64,000 nt of DNA from NCBI GenBank assembly GCA_021432655.1, contig MU271326.1, forward strand, positions 1-64,000, given 5' to 3'. This stretch comes from Atractiella rhizophila (taxonomy: Eukaryota). Made by a program: the position numbers and the translations under genes. Numbering within the stretch: position 1 is the first letter of the stretch; each line of letters starts with the position of its first letter. The notes beneath the pieces were generated by a model. The model saw only the letters and a program-made list of their open reading frames with translations, made no database searches and was not told the origin of the DNA. Positions 1-13,100 of this stretch are shown piece by piece.

Positions 1-762
1 GACCTCGTTCGGGCTTGGTTCAAGGGGAACATCGGCAACGATGAACATAACATAGTCGACTATTTCATGCCTTTGTTAGCATCCTCCACTCACCCACCTG
101 ACAGAGGGCAAGACCTACTCTCGTGCTCTCCCCACTTCCCATCACTCGGAGCGAGATAGTGAATCCTCGTAACATAAACCATTTCGTCCAATTTGATCGT
201 CTCCAACGGTATGCCTAGCTCATGAAGCAACTTCCTCTGTACAGCTCTACGCACGCCCATCTGGCCTTTTTCTTCGCGCTCTGCATCAAGCCAGAGAGGA
301 TGCGAACAGCAGGTGTTTGTCCACATCGAAGGGAACGTGATCTTCTCGTCTGCCCTCTTCTGAAGGAGCAAACGACCATCGGAAGGCCGGAAGATGAAGG
401 CGCTGAAGGCTCGATGGAGATAAGACTTGGGAGGGAGGATGTTGGACATGAGGTGCCCGTTCACTTTTGAGTCTGAGCCTGTCGGAACATCATCTGGCGT
501 CACCATGATGAGACGCTCAGACATGAGGGAAACCCGTGAAGTGTAGCATCAGGGCAGATGTTTAACGCAAAGCACGGGGACTTGATCAGCTCATAATCAA
601 CGAGCAGTCTACAGGTCAACATTTTCACCGGTAGCGGCCGTAGGTGCTCGCGTTACAAGCCAACGAATGAAAGTAAGCTCAAGCCGAATGGGGTGCATTC
701 ACGTAGAAAGCGTGTTCCTGGTCGAAAACCCAGGACTCGGGAATCCTTTTAGCTACCTCCAT
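1..762 (-). CDS. IDI1: Isopentenyl-diphosphate delta-isomerase (type 1, Nudix fold); multi-exon, 3' end runs off the window start
   Basis: Motifs LHRAFSAFIF, LLQKRADEKITFPSMWTNTCCSHPL, WGEHE, then after an intron DYVMFIVADVPLEPSPNEV. Start ATG at 762 is tentative. Confidence 0.95.
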
Positions 763-2125
763 TTCATCTTTCTCTCCCACAAGTAGAACAAAGCAATGTG
801 AGAGGGAAGCAAGTGTGAGCTAGCTAAGCTCATAGTGTGGAATTTAGTCCAGCTCACTTAAATAACGCAACTCAGATAGTCTAGAAGACTCAAACTTTGG
901 CTATCCATGAAAGCCTCGTCGAATCTCCCTTCGCACAGACATTCGACCTCTGCCTCTCTGAATGGATGAAAGAATGGTTTGCCTACTCTGAAACTCGGTA
1001 TGGGTTCATCTCGAAGAAACATATCGACTGCAATTGCACACGCGGCAGACAATCCAGACACCGTTTCATTTTAGCAGCTCTACAAAACCCAGTTTCTTTC
1101 TTTTGTGTTGAAACCCAGCAAGCAACATGGTCAGATGTTACGAGCATTCCCAGATCGCGAAGTTTCAACACGACATCAGCCACTCACCTGAACTGGGTCA
1201 TAACCTTTCAATTCCTCCATCTTTGTATCCTGCGTGTAACTCCTGATCAGTGTGCTCCTTGCGAAAGGTCCTCTGAGAGGCAAAATTGATCGTGGTCGAA
1301 GGGTGGTTTGTTTGGTTCGAAGGCGCCAAACTGGTTGTTGGAGCAAATGGCGAACACTGGTCGAGGTCAAAGACATGGATTGGAGTAGGGCGAGGAGTGA
1401 TTGAATCTTATGAAATAATGATTGTTGTCGTTGGGTGGGTTCGATTTGGGGAAGAGAAGGGGTTAATTCAAAACAGTATTCTGGTCCGCAACCTTTTTTG
1501 TCTGCCCAAGAGCCAGGCTGGCGATGTGTTTTCGCTTCTCATACGCGCACGTATTGTGCAGTCAGAAAGATGTGTAAAGCGGGTGTGGGTTCAAGCTTTC
1601 GACATGGTTCCCTCCAAGAGTGGAATTGTTTGCAACAGTGCTGGCTGACATTCTGGCTGACGTTGACTAGTTGAGGAAACAATTCTTTCAATTCGTTCAT
1701 TGTCTAATCGTTAAGGCATAAAGGGAGAACCCCCTAACTTCTTTACAGTAGGAGAGGAACGAAAAGTCTCCTTGAATGATTTACAATGCCGCTCCGCGTC
1801 GCCTTGCTCAGATATTCTTGTTTTCGTTTATGTGCAAATGATATAGGCGAATGTCGACTAGTATTAAAGTGTTAACCTGAGGTTCTTCTGATGACAATAT
1901 GACCTGACTTTTGATGCAAACGAAGGGAAAGTGTTACGTGTGCATCAACGCTGTGATCACAATTCTGATCAGCGCATTGCTAGTTAGTGAGTTTTACGTT
2001 CTCTCTATTGATGCAGCCATTGCCCGTCGTCTTCTCGATGAATGAGATGTATGTGCAAAAATTAAAGATTCTCTACCTTTGTCTAAAAAGGACGTCAACG
2101 AACAACTTCTCAAAAAAGCAATCTT

Positions 2126-3427
2126 TCAAGCAAAGACAGCCCCGGCAACGTCTCCCCTTTCAACTGCTTCAATCCATCGATCCACTCTATTCGCACAAAA
2201 CTCATTGTCGCAATACTCTATCGCTAATTCAAAGTCTCTCCTTCTCATCTCATTCCTATACACCCGAGTCCATTCTGGCTTTATCTCTTCCATCTTCTCT
2301 AAAAAGAACCTTCGCAACTTAGTCTGCTCAAACTCTCGCGTATGCTCCTCAAACAAGTCTGACACCAAACCCGTCTCTTCGGACGTGTATTGAAGGGCCT
2401 TTGGTTCCTCTTCCCGCTCCCTTCCTAGCAGGAACGAAGGGAGCGAACAGACCTTCCACAGCGGTAGCGTGCAGGCACACTCCCAGTCTACGATTCCCGA
2501 TAAGGCCTTTAGCGTGGGAGAAACGAGGAGGTTGTGCCAAGAGAGATCGGCGTGGAACAGCGCAGTTTCTTCGCTTGAACCGTTGGAAGGAGGGGGGAAA
2601 AGGAGCGGAAGTAAGGTGCGAAGGCGGACGAGCCGTTTTTGTGTCTCACGCGCGAATTCAACTTCGTCGTCATCCTTGCATGTTTCAATAATGTTTTGGG
2701 CGTCGAGGTGATGGATGGAGAGGCAAGTGTCCAACCAGTCGTGCGAAGAGCGAAAAGGGCCTCGAGGTATCGGATATTGGAGGTGATCGTGCCAGAAGAA
2801 AATCATCGAGACGATTCTTCCAACCTTGAAACTGCTTTCCTTTTTCCCTTCACGATCGCAAAACAAACTTCCGATTCCTTCAAATCGTCTGTTGAACAAA
2901 TCCGCCAAGAATGTCACCACATCATTAACGACTCTTTCCTTCTCCTCCCAATTTAGGGTTCGCCAGCTTTCCTCGATGGGCAATCCTTCAACCTTGCTCA
3001 TCAACATCCATTCGAAGCCAACTTCGTTATCCCTCCCGTCGTCGTATTCCAGCGGCTCAGGCACAAGTTTGGAGAATTGACGAAGGAACGTGAGCGTGGC
3101 GACTTCCGAAAGGACCTTGAATTTTGGATCGACAGGAAGTGCAACACGGAGCACACGTTGTTGTTCTCCATCCTGCGACAATTCTGAAGCCGAGGACTCG
3201 GAGGAAGAGTGGTAGATGGTGTACAACTTGTTGAAGGCGCCTGCGGCAAGGAAGGAGACGGAGCACGATGAGGTCGAGGGCAGCGAGAGGACGCGACGCG
3301 CAAGAGTTGTTAGAGTAGTAATCTCAGGGGATTCCTTCCATTTGGGCTCAAAGCCGAACAATGTCTCTACCCATTCCAAACCTCTATTGGGCTCACTGTT
3401 GGGTTCAAGCCACGACATGGATGACAT
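2126..3427 (-). CDS. APH/choline-kinase-like phosphotransferase family protein (~433 aa)
   Basis: Uninterrupted ORF with FLAAGAFNKLY, SEVATL, FEWMLMSKVEG, Brenner-type LFHADLSWHNLLV and GIVDWEC motifs. Confidence 0.85.
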   Translation of the reverse strand: MSSMSWLEPNSEPNRGLEWVETLFGFEPKWKESPEITTLTTLARRVLSLPSTSSCSVSFLAAGAFNKLYTIYHSSSESSASELSQDGEQQRVLRVALPVDPKFKVLSEVATLTFLRQFSKLVPEPLEYDDGRDNEVGFEWMLMSKVEGLPIEESWRTLNWEEKERVVNDVVTFLADLFNRRFEGIGSLFCDREGKKESSFKVGRIVSMIFFWHDHLQYPIPRGPFRSSHDWLDTCLSIHHLDAQNIIETCKDDDEVEFARETQKRLVRLRTLLPLLFPPPSNGSSEETALFHADLSWHNLLVSPTLKALSGIVDWECACTLPLWKVCSLPSFLLGREREEEPKALQYTSEETGLVSDLFEEHTREFEQTKLRRFFLEKMEEIKPEWTRVYRNEMRRRDFELAIEYCDNEFCANRVDRWIEAVERGDVAGAVFA

Positions 3428-3475
3428 CTGAGAGAACGTCAATTGAGTCGTCAAGAACACAAAACGGTTCGATAC

Positions 3476-5227
3476 CTCATGTTCGCGTGTAGAAGCTGGC
3501 CGATTTCTTCTTGAGGTAGTTTCGCCTAGTCCCAGACAGACTTTTGCCTTCTCCTCCTCAAAGTTCAACTCCCTCCCATATTCCGAAACTCGAGAATGTG
3601 AAAAGTCGATGAGATACTCTTTCTCCGAGCCAAAATAAAAGTTTTGAACTCGAATATCGCCCTGAAGCACCACGATTTCGTGCACTTTCTTCAGCGCTAC
3701 GAGTGCCTTTTGTCTAATCGCCGCGCATCAAATATAGCTCAGCCGGACAGTGCAATCCTACCTAGCTTCCAACGACACCGTCTCAATGTCATCCTGAAAT
3801 GCTCCTGTAAGTACCTCCATCACGACAATTCCAAACCTCTCCTCCCTCCCGAATCTCTCCTCCACTCCTTCGTAGCTTCCATAAACCTTAGGAATGTACT
3901 TCCCTTGCAGACTGGAAAGCCACTCATACACCTGTACTTCTCTTCGAAAGTAGTCCATATTAGTTTGACTGGGATCTTGCATCTTTCGCGAACCGTCAAA
4001 GTACTTCACGGCCGCCGTTCTTTTCCCAGTTAGCCTTGAAGACCGTCGCAAATGCTCCCCAGCCTAGTTCTTCTCCAATTTCCAAAACCTCCTCGCAAGG
4101 CTCCGACTAGAGAAATACGTCAGTGCAAAGAAGAGCGCAGAAGACAGTGACGAACTGGTGCCCCAATAGCACGAACTGGGTAAAGCTTGGAGCTGAGGAC
4201 AGTCTTGGTAAAGGCCACATTCAAATCCGGCTATAAGTTGTCGTTAACTACTGTGTAGCACAATTGGACCACTTACTGGTGTCCCTACTCCTTGTTCAGC
4301 GGTCGTGTCTTTCTTCCCATCACGATTGCGAGTCGGAAGAATGCTTGTAGAAGATCCGACCTGCAGTGTTGATTGAGAGACTTGAGTTGGGAGGGCAGGG
4401 TGACTGGAGACTTGAGGGAGATCCAAATTGTCTAAACACATTCCAACCATAGTCTTGATAACTCGATGACCAACGACATCATACTGATCGGAACACAATA
4501 GGTAAATTCGATCGAACGCAGTGACTCGTTGGAAAAAGATGAAGGATTTTCCACTGAAGAGTAGGCCGAAAGGAGCATCGTTTGTTGACATCCTTTTCCC
4601 GAGCTTGGGGATAATGAGGAAGTAACAGAAGGATGAAGTGCACGTACTTTGGTGATGGTGGATCGTGCTCCTTCTTCCCTTCCGTCGCCTTCAGAATACA
4701 ACTCAGTCCCCATCCCATTTTCGCCCTTCCCCATTGCGACAATTTCCTCACCCCAAGGTGGTGTAGATGTTCGTGCCTTTGAGCTCGACTTGGACTTTTG
4801 TTCTCTTGTTGACAGTGAACTGGCCGTCACTTCGGGCACTGAGGCTGGTAGGATCTCGTTCATATTCTAGGCCCAGCGACGTTGCATCTTTGTGCGCTAG
4901 CTTTACAGCAGCGAACCAGAGGGCGAAAACATTTGTATTAGCGATGGTCTCGTCTCCGACAGGACTATCGACAATGAGGCGGAGAAGAAACTGGATTTCA
5001 GACGGTAGCTGCTCTGAAGCCTGCTTAGAACCCAGGATTGTGTCAGTTGCCAGGCAAATGCTCTCAAGGAAGTTTGGTTGATAGCGGAGGTGATAGGGTC
5101 TATGCTTGGCATAGGTTGACCTGAAATTTTCGGGACTCGTAGAGCTGGTTGGGTCGGTTACATCCACGAGTTGAGTACCGGCAGGAAGTATCGCGTTGTC
5201 GAGTAGATTCGCAATGGTGATGGACAT
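3476..5227 (-). pseudogene. Putative PD-(D/E)xK nuclease-fold plus protein-kinase-like gene, frameshifted as assembled
   Basis: N-terminal RSDGQF...QVELKG; kinase motifs LGWGAFATVFKA, AAVKYF, REVQVYEWLSSLQGKYIPKVYG, VLQGDIRVQN, LIDFSHS across GT-AG introns; apparent frameshifts near 4752 and 4025. Confidence 0.6.
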
Positions 5228-5651
5228 GTTACATGTGTGAGAACATAGGTTCTCTTTGGCTCTGCACTTGATTGTTCGGCGATTCAGCCTCCGTGATTGC
5301 CTCCCTTGAGGCAACTCATCGACACGAAGAAAGAAAGTGAAAGTGACAACAATTCCTGAATTGGTTGAGCCTAACCCGTTCTAGTAGCTGCAACTCTGAA
5401 CACTAGAAGCAATTGACCTTTCTTGTCCACACGACCTTCCATCCAGGCGATAGAGTGCAGGTGTCATTGTACAGTGTCGTGGAATTGTTATCTTCGAGAA
5501 CTCTGTTTGAGAACCCAGCTCGTTCAAGTTGGGAGATGCATTTATTCTCTGTAAATGTTGAATGATTATTGCTGCCCAGTCTACAAGGAACTCATGTACA
5601 CTAATCCACTGTGCTCGAATAGAAGAAGAAACAATACAAAATAGTCCTACA

Positions 5652-7970
5652 CTATGACACCAGGTTTGCTGCCAACTTTGTCTTCCTCACTCGTAAATGA
5701 AGTCCCTCTTTCGGCTTCATTGTCACCGCCGATGTGGGGGTGATAACCCTGAAAGTATCTCAGGTCAGAGACTCCGAAAGGAGAAAGGTGGGGCGTACTG
5801 ATCCGGAGACACCAGCTCGTATTCGTACTTGCCCACCAAATGCAGAACCATGGCTTTCAGCTCTATGAGCGCCATCTTGTTTCCTATGCATTGATGTGGA
5901 CCGTGGATGAAAGATTGGAATGCTTGAGCTGGGTGGTCCGGTGGCAGGTTGAGCCGTCGCTCAGGCTTGAACCTGTAAATCCGTTCATACTTCGTCCCAC
6001 GGTAAAAGGAAGGAAACCCACTCTGCAGCGTCCTCTCCCCATATCTCAGGCGAGTTATCTTTCCCACTCTGTGTCAATCATTGTTCAATTGAAAGTGAAA
6101 AGCCATACTAATGACCCGAATGCCCATATAGCAGACCGTTCCAGCCTTAACATAAGTACCATCTATCACAACATCTTCTCGCGCTTTCCGGAAAGTCATT
6201 GGCACGGGCGGTCGAACCCTCAAGCTCTCACTGTGTCCACCGAATCCATCAGTTGGGTTCCAATTTGGGAGAAGGGAAGAAGGAGAGGACGAACCGAACA
6301 ACGGCATCGAGATACTGTAACTCGTTCAGCTCCTTCATATCCGGCTCCATATTGCGTTCCAACATCCCTGCGAGCTCGTTACGGAGCTTAGACTGTACGC
6401 GTGGGTTCTGTGCTAGGAGCAGGAGGGTCCAAGTCATGCTGTTTCGGGTCAAGTACGATTAGCTCATTCGAGAGCGAGGGGGATGAAGGGCGAGAGCGCA
6501 CCCAGAAGCTGTCGTCTCGTGTCCCGCTCCGAGAGTCATAAGGATCTGATCCATCATCTCGTCCTCTGTCAATCCTCCTCCTCGTGCTCCTATACCTTGT
6601 CCAGCGTTCGACTTGACGAGTAAGGACATAATATCCTTTCTCCATCCTTCCGAACCTCCTTCTGTTAGCACAGTTCGTATTGTCAGCTTCATATTGATAT
6701 CACTCGGAGAAAGAATGGAGACAACGTACGAGCATCCTGCTTCACCTCCCTCCTCTTTTGGTCCATAATCTCAGCAGAAACCTTCTTGATCCTCGTCATG
6801 GCATCCGAAAACATTCCAATGACCCTCAGCCTCTGGTCGAGTCTACCCTTGAGTCCAGGAGCCATATAATGTGGATCAGCATCTTTGGAAGAGGGACGGA
6901 GGTAAGCCCCGAGCTTTCCAATATAGGGAATGAGACGAGGAGCGAGAGGGATGAAGTTAACGAGGATGAGGACGGAAAGGTTCGATCCACTTTGGAGCGA
7001 GATGAGCTGCTCGTATGCGGAGGCGAGTTCGTTGGAATGTGTAAGGAGCGAATCGCACTTGTAGCCGAATGAGGTCCAGCAGATTATGTCCAACTATTTT
7101 TTGCAATGATCAGGAAGGAGAAGGCGAATGGAAAAGACTCACTGTCGTACGTGACATTATGTCGTACATGTCGATGATGGCTTCTCCTGATTCCTTTAGC
7201 TTTTCGTTCAATATGTTGGACGCGTTGTTCAGGATGGGATAGAATTCGGGTACCACTGTCAGATTGTGAGTTCTCCCATCATTCCGGGATAGCAGGTGCA
7301 AGCTTACGATCAGCGAGATGAGCAGGCGCGAAAGCTGTTTTGGACTACTCTCAGAAACCGGCAAATGCTAGTGGGACAAAAGACTGACCTGGGCCCAACA
7401 CCCTCCTAAACCGCCTATGCTCCTCTCCTTCTTTTGTCAACAGCCCATCTCCCACCACAGACCTCAAAACACCCGTCATAAAGTCAGGTCTGACGAAAGA
7501 AGAGGCTTTGTCGATCCAAATCTGCTGATAAGCTTGCGGCCGTGTAAACATCAAACGTTCGAACTAAACACTCAATCAGATTCTCCGCACACATGGATTC
7601 AAGGTGGGAAGGCAAAGAACATACACCAAAAGGACCAACGACTCGAACCACCCCTTTTTCTCCCCCGTATTTCTTTGCCCATTCCGCTTGTTTCACTCCG
7701 GCCTCGGCTCGAAGAATGGTACCGAACTGTCCAAAGAGGGGATGCCAGTCCGTCTCCCAGTCCTCTCCCTAAACAAGCATAGCATGACATCAGCCCTCCT
7801 AGAACGTTTCGAACATGGCGGAAAGGCAAATAACGCACTTTTCGCGGAAAGTTAGGTCCTGGAAGGTTTTTATATACACTGAGCCAGCGCGAGTAGACGA
7901 ATGTGTGGAAGAGAACCCAGAGGAGGATGAGTGGTGGTGTGAGGAGTACGAGGTGGATTGGGGACAACAT
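5652..7970 (-). CDS. Cytochrome P450 monooxygenase, multi-exon
   Basis: N-terminal TM helix followed by LPGP; I-helix AGHETTA; ExxR (ESLRVRPPVP); FKPER; heme motif FIHGPHQCIG; last exon ends LAANLVS-stop. Confidence 0.93.
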
Positions 7971-8330
7971 TGTTGTGTGCCTCTGTCTTTGATGTTTCTA
8001 GCAATATTTACCTGGATATAGCAGAGGAACCTCCAGATTGAGAATATTTGGTGGAATATCTGAGATGGCAAAGGGGGAGCAGCAGTCGGGAAGAGCACTC
8101 TTATACGCCAGGGTGAGTGACGCGGGAGACGGGATAGAAGTTGAGAGGCCGCCCAGACGCCGTACGGGTACGTCGGATATTGTTTTGTGACTCACACCTC
8201 CATCTTACTGTACCACGTGACTACCTGTGTCTTCTGACTGTTTTATCTATATGCACTCGACGGAAGACCACCAACGCGATTGACTTGCACTCTCAAAAAA
8301 CCGACTCTCCAACACAAACCACCCACCACC

Positions 8331-10183
8331 ATGCCCCAGAAAGGCCCCAACCCCTCGCAAGAGGGCGGAAAGGCCACTTCTGGAACTGGGAAAGGAGGGG
8401 AAATGCGAGTAGAATTTGCACCAACTTCTACACGCGCCCCCCCCGATCCCCAAAGCCAGCTCTCCACCGCAGGTGCTAACAAAGGAGGAACCATGAGGAA
8501 TAGCCAGAGGGCTGTCGATGAAAGCGATGGAGGAAGAAGGGCCAATAGTACGTACCTCGTTGATAAGAGTGGTTCGAACTGGGAGTCTGCCCCATCTCTT
8601 TCCATCCATGCCACCCCTTCCTTTCCAAGAGTTGTGGACATTTTGGGCATTGATGAAGAGACCCAAAATGATCCGGTCCAACTTTTGGACTTTACGTTCA
8701 CAGAATTTCGTGCTATGTGCAGGAACAACAAACTTAGGAATGCTAGAGGGGAATTTAAAACGGATCAAACCGTAGTAGACAATATTAGTACCCTTCTAAA
8801 AACATGTCTCTCTCTCCTCAAGGTAGACCCTCTTAGTGAAATGTGTCGCATCTCTCGCAATCAAGTTATTACAAACAAGTCAATCGAATCGATTCTAGAC
8901 AGACTAGATGGGATTGAAAGCAAACTCGCAGAGGGAATCCACGTTCGTGAAAGAAACGACATCCGACCCGCTTGGGTCCCGGATGCAAAGGATTTCCCTC
9001 CACTTAGCCTTCTTCCATCACTTCTAGACATCAAAAATGCTCCTATCCGTTCAAAGGCCGCTTCTAAGAAAGCTCGCCAGAGGAGAAATCGCTTCAAAAA
9101 GCTGATACTCTTCCCTCCACCTGATCGGAATGCCCATTATGTTGATAAACCCGAAGCGGACCTGCTTACTCAGGTGAACAATGCTCTAGTCAAAAGAATG
9201 GTGTTCAGAGAACCAACAAGAGATGAGACCCCCAAAGAACAGGATAACAGTATTGTTGCTGCGTCAGCAATCGACAAACTACCTGGAGGGGGACTAACTC
9301 TATGGTTCAACGACGCCGTCGATTGTAACAGGGCTACGGAAACCATTACAGAGTGGCTTGACGCATGCGGTGAACTTAAGGATACATTCGGAATGTTCCA
9401 ACGGACGTGGTGGTGATTCACAGAGTCCCAACAGACTGGAACATAAAGGATGAGAATCAGGTCAAGAAGTTACTTCTTGAGCGAAACAATTGGACGGAGA
9501 CAGATATTCTGAAGTTAGAATGGGTCTCGAAGAAAGTATTCAAGTACAAGGATGTAGAAAGCAGCGCTCTGAAAAGCTTCTCATCCTTGCTGATATTCTT
9601 CAAAGACGGCAAAGTCGCGGACGACGCCATTGAAAGAGGAGTGCTCTTCAATGGCAGACGCCTCAACGCTGAAAAATCGATTCGAGCCTTACCTCAGTGT
9701 TTCAACTGTTTTCAACTGGGACACTTTGGCAGAAATTGCCATAGAAAAGGCAGACCAGTCTGCGGAGCTTGTGCGGAAGATCATGACACAAAAAACTGCA
9801 TGAAAAACCTCTCCTGCTTCATGCAAGAGGGCACTAATCCCACACCATGTGGAGATAATCCCCCTCCTCTTGCAGGAATGCCCTGCTCTCACATTAGGGT
9901 CTCTCTGCGATGTGCCTACTGTGGAGATAAGGGACACGGCGCCCATGGCGCATACGGAGGAGACAATTGCCTGAGAAAAAGAGCAGACAGAGTAAAGGCA
10001 AGACTCGTAGAGAAGGAATTGGGAGAATTCTTTGAGAAGGAGGACGACTGGGATGACGAACCGGAAGAGGCACCCAGAAGTCCAGAGGGAGAACATATGG
10101 AAAAAGAGAACACCCCAAACCGAGAAACGGAGAGTCAAACGTCAGAGTTGCCGGTATTGAGCAACAATGAAGTCGTTGAATGA
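8331..10183 (+). CDS. LINE ORF1, gag-like nucleic-acid-binding protein (one frameshift near 9410)
   Basis: Knuckles CFNCFQLGHFGRNC, CGACAEDHDTKNC, CAYCGDKGH; stop overlaps the ORF2 start (ATGA at 10180-10183). Confidence 0.9.
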
Positions 10184-13100
10184 TAGATGAAATATTTAGA
10201 TGGTCTGATGACGAAAGCGACACATCTTCAGACAGTGGAAATAACCCACCTGCTCCTCCTATTACGCCCATTTCACTTCGCCAGAAAAAACACATTACCA
10301 TCATACAACAAAACCACCATAAAAGGGGTACCATTACACATTCTTTTATGAACTCGAATGACAGATTAGCGGACATCATCCTTATTCAAGAACCACCCAC
10401 AGTCCTTCCCGACAGTGGAACCCTTATACGCTTCCCAGGATACAAAGCAGTGCTATCAAAAAAGATCAAAACATCTGACTCGAGGTCAGAAGTCTCACGT
10501 TCAATCATCCTGGTTAATCTAAAAACCTTCGAAGGAGACTCCTTCACTGAGATCCCAACCAAATTTCCAGACATTTCCGCAATCATGATTTCACTGAGTG
10601 GAGGGGAGCATCTCTTTATTGTCAACGTATACAATGCAGCAGGAGGAACACAATCCATCGACAACGTCATAACACTCCTTGCTGATTCAAAAGAGAGAGG
10701 GCTGCTGGGTGAAGAAGACCTGGTATATGTAGGGGGGGACTTCAATCTGCATCACTGCGAGTGGAACCCTGAAGGGTACACCCGCACGGATGGCAACGCG
10801 GAATATCTCCTCGAAAGTTTTGAGGAAATAGGTCTCACCTTACGCTCACAAAGAGGTGTTCCAACGTACATCAGCGCTTTAGGCTACGAGACTACTATCG
10901 ATCTCATTTTCACTAACGAAACAGCTGACGAATACATAACATACTGTGTTACTGACCGAGGGGGAGACAGTCACAACTCTGACCATTACAAGTTAGTGAC
11001 CAAACTTTCGCTACTCCCGACAGCCTTCGATCCACGTCCCCAATATAACACCCAGTCAGCTAATTGGGAGCTGGTAAGGGAACACCTACAAAAGTCTGAC
11101 CTACTTGCAGGGATCCCAGGGCATGTGGACGGGCCTTCGACGCGAGAAAGGATAGACGATGCAGTTGAACTCCTCACAGCGGCGTTGATTGAAGGTATGA
11201 AGCTAATACCTTTAGCATCTAAAGGACAATCAACAAAGCGATGGTGGACGGATCAACTGTCAGAGAAGCGAAAGATGGTCAACAAACTTCGTAACAGGTT
11301 TCTCAAAGCTAAGAAAAGGGGCAGCGAGGAAACTATGGAGGAAACCCGCCTACGATGGCGAGGAGCGGCTAACCAGTTCCACGCTGATATCAGGCAGGCA
11401 AAGTCCCAACACTTCGAAGATTTCCTCGCTGACCTGGACAAAAACTCAATATGGACGGCGCATAAGTACGGAAAGAGGGAGGAACAGTGTCGTGACATCC
11501 CTCCCCTCACTGACCCAAACAGTCCCAATGACACTGTTTCCTCCCCAGCTGAAAAAGCATCTCTTCTGCATTCCTCATTTAACCCCTCCGCTCGACGCTG
11601 CGACCTCTCTGACATTCCATCCCCATCCCCTTCCTCTGCCCCCTCCGTTCCGCTAAAGATTGAAGAAATTGACGAAGCAATAGATAGGATCAAAACAAGC
11701 TCCGCTCCTGGACTGACTGGCATTTCCAACAAGGTATTAAAAGAGGTTAGGTCGGAGATTCGCCAACCCCTCTTCACCATCTTCTCAGCTTGCTACCTTG
11801 TTGGATATTACCCAAAGTCTTGGAAAAGCTTCACGACGGTCATTCTCAGAAAGCCCAAACGACCGGATTACTCCCTTCCTTCAGCCTACCGACCCATCGC
11901 TCTCCTGGACTGTGTAGCAAAGGTTTTCGACAGCATTATCTCAGCCAGACTCACCTTCCACGCAGAGAGAAATGGTGCCCTCCCCTCCCATCACTTCGGT
12001 GCCAGGCCAGGTCGATCCACCAACGACACCTTACTAACTGTGACAGAGTTCATTCGAGAAGGCTGGAGGAAGGGAGAGGTAACGGCTTCAGTCTCCTTGG
12101 ACGTCAAAGGCGCCTTTCCCACAGTGGTCCACCCTCGACTAATCGACGACCTAAGGAAAAGAACAGTCCCAGAAAGCGAGATTGAAATCATCCAATCATG
12201 GCTTATGGATAGGGAGACAACCTACAACTTCGACGGCTACACCTCAAAGCCATTCGCCCTTGCCATAGGACTGGCACAAGGATCCCCCCTCTCTCCTATT
12301 CTCTACCTGTTTTACAATGCTGATCTCCTTGAAATACAGGCACCGGAAGGGGAATCTCTCAAATGCGGGTTCGTAGACGACATCCACATGAATGCCCGTG
12401 CGACGAACCCTCCGACGGCCATTGCTAACCTCGAGGTGATGCTCAACAAAGCAATGGTCTGGGGTGAGAAACATGGTGCCATTTTCGAGGAAGCCAAGAC
12501 GGACTTCGTCCTCTACGGGAAACTGAAGGGGATGAAGTCCCGATTTGGCACGCTCACAATTCGTGTAGGATCTACAACCATAAAGCAGTCGCTTGAGATG
12601 AAGTACCTGGGAATGCTCCTCGATTCCAGGTTAACTTTCAATTCTCACTTAAAAGCGATCGAGAAGAAGGCAAAGTCCTCGCTCTCCCTTCTGGCGACAC
12701 TCTCCAACACCACAAAAGGAATACCTCTATCACACTATCGGCGCCTCTTTGAGGCTGCAATCTGCGCAATGACGGACAACAACGCCATTATCTGGCACCA
12801 CCTTGGAAAGAAAGCAGGAGGAGCCGCTCGCCTCGAAATCGTCCAACGGTATGCCCAACGCCTCATGCTAGGAGCCTTCCGCACCACCCCAGCCCCTGCT
12901 CTCTCCTACGATTCAAACCTCCCTCCGGTCGTAGCCAGACTGGACAAAGTAGTAACACGACCCATGGTCAGGCTACTATCCCTTCCGAACACCAACCCAG
13001 CAGGAGTCATTGCACAACACCTCATCTCAACTCCCCCCCGAGAAAACACTGCTCCCCTCTGAACTCTCTCATCGGATCGAAACACTTCAACTTACCTCGA

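Noticed and set aside
858..2100. Short overlapping ORFs between IDI1 and the APH gene
   Set aside because: No motifs or consistent exon structure.
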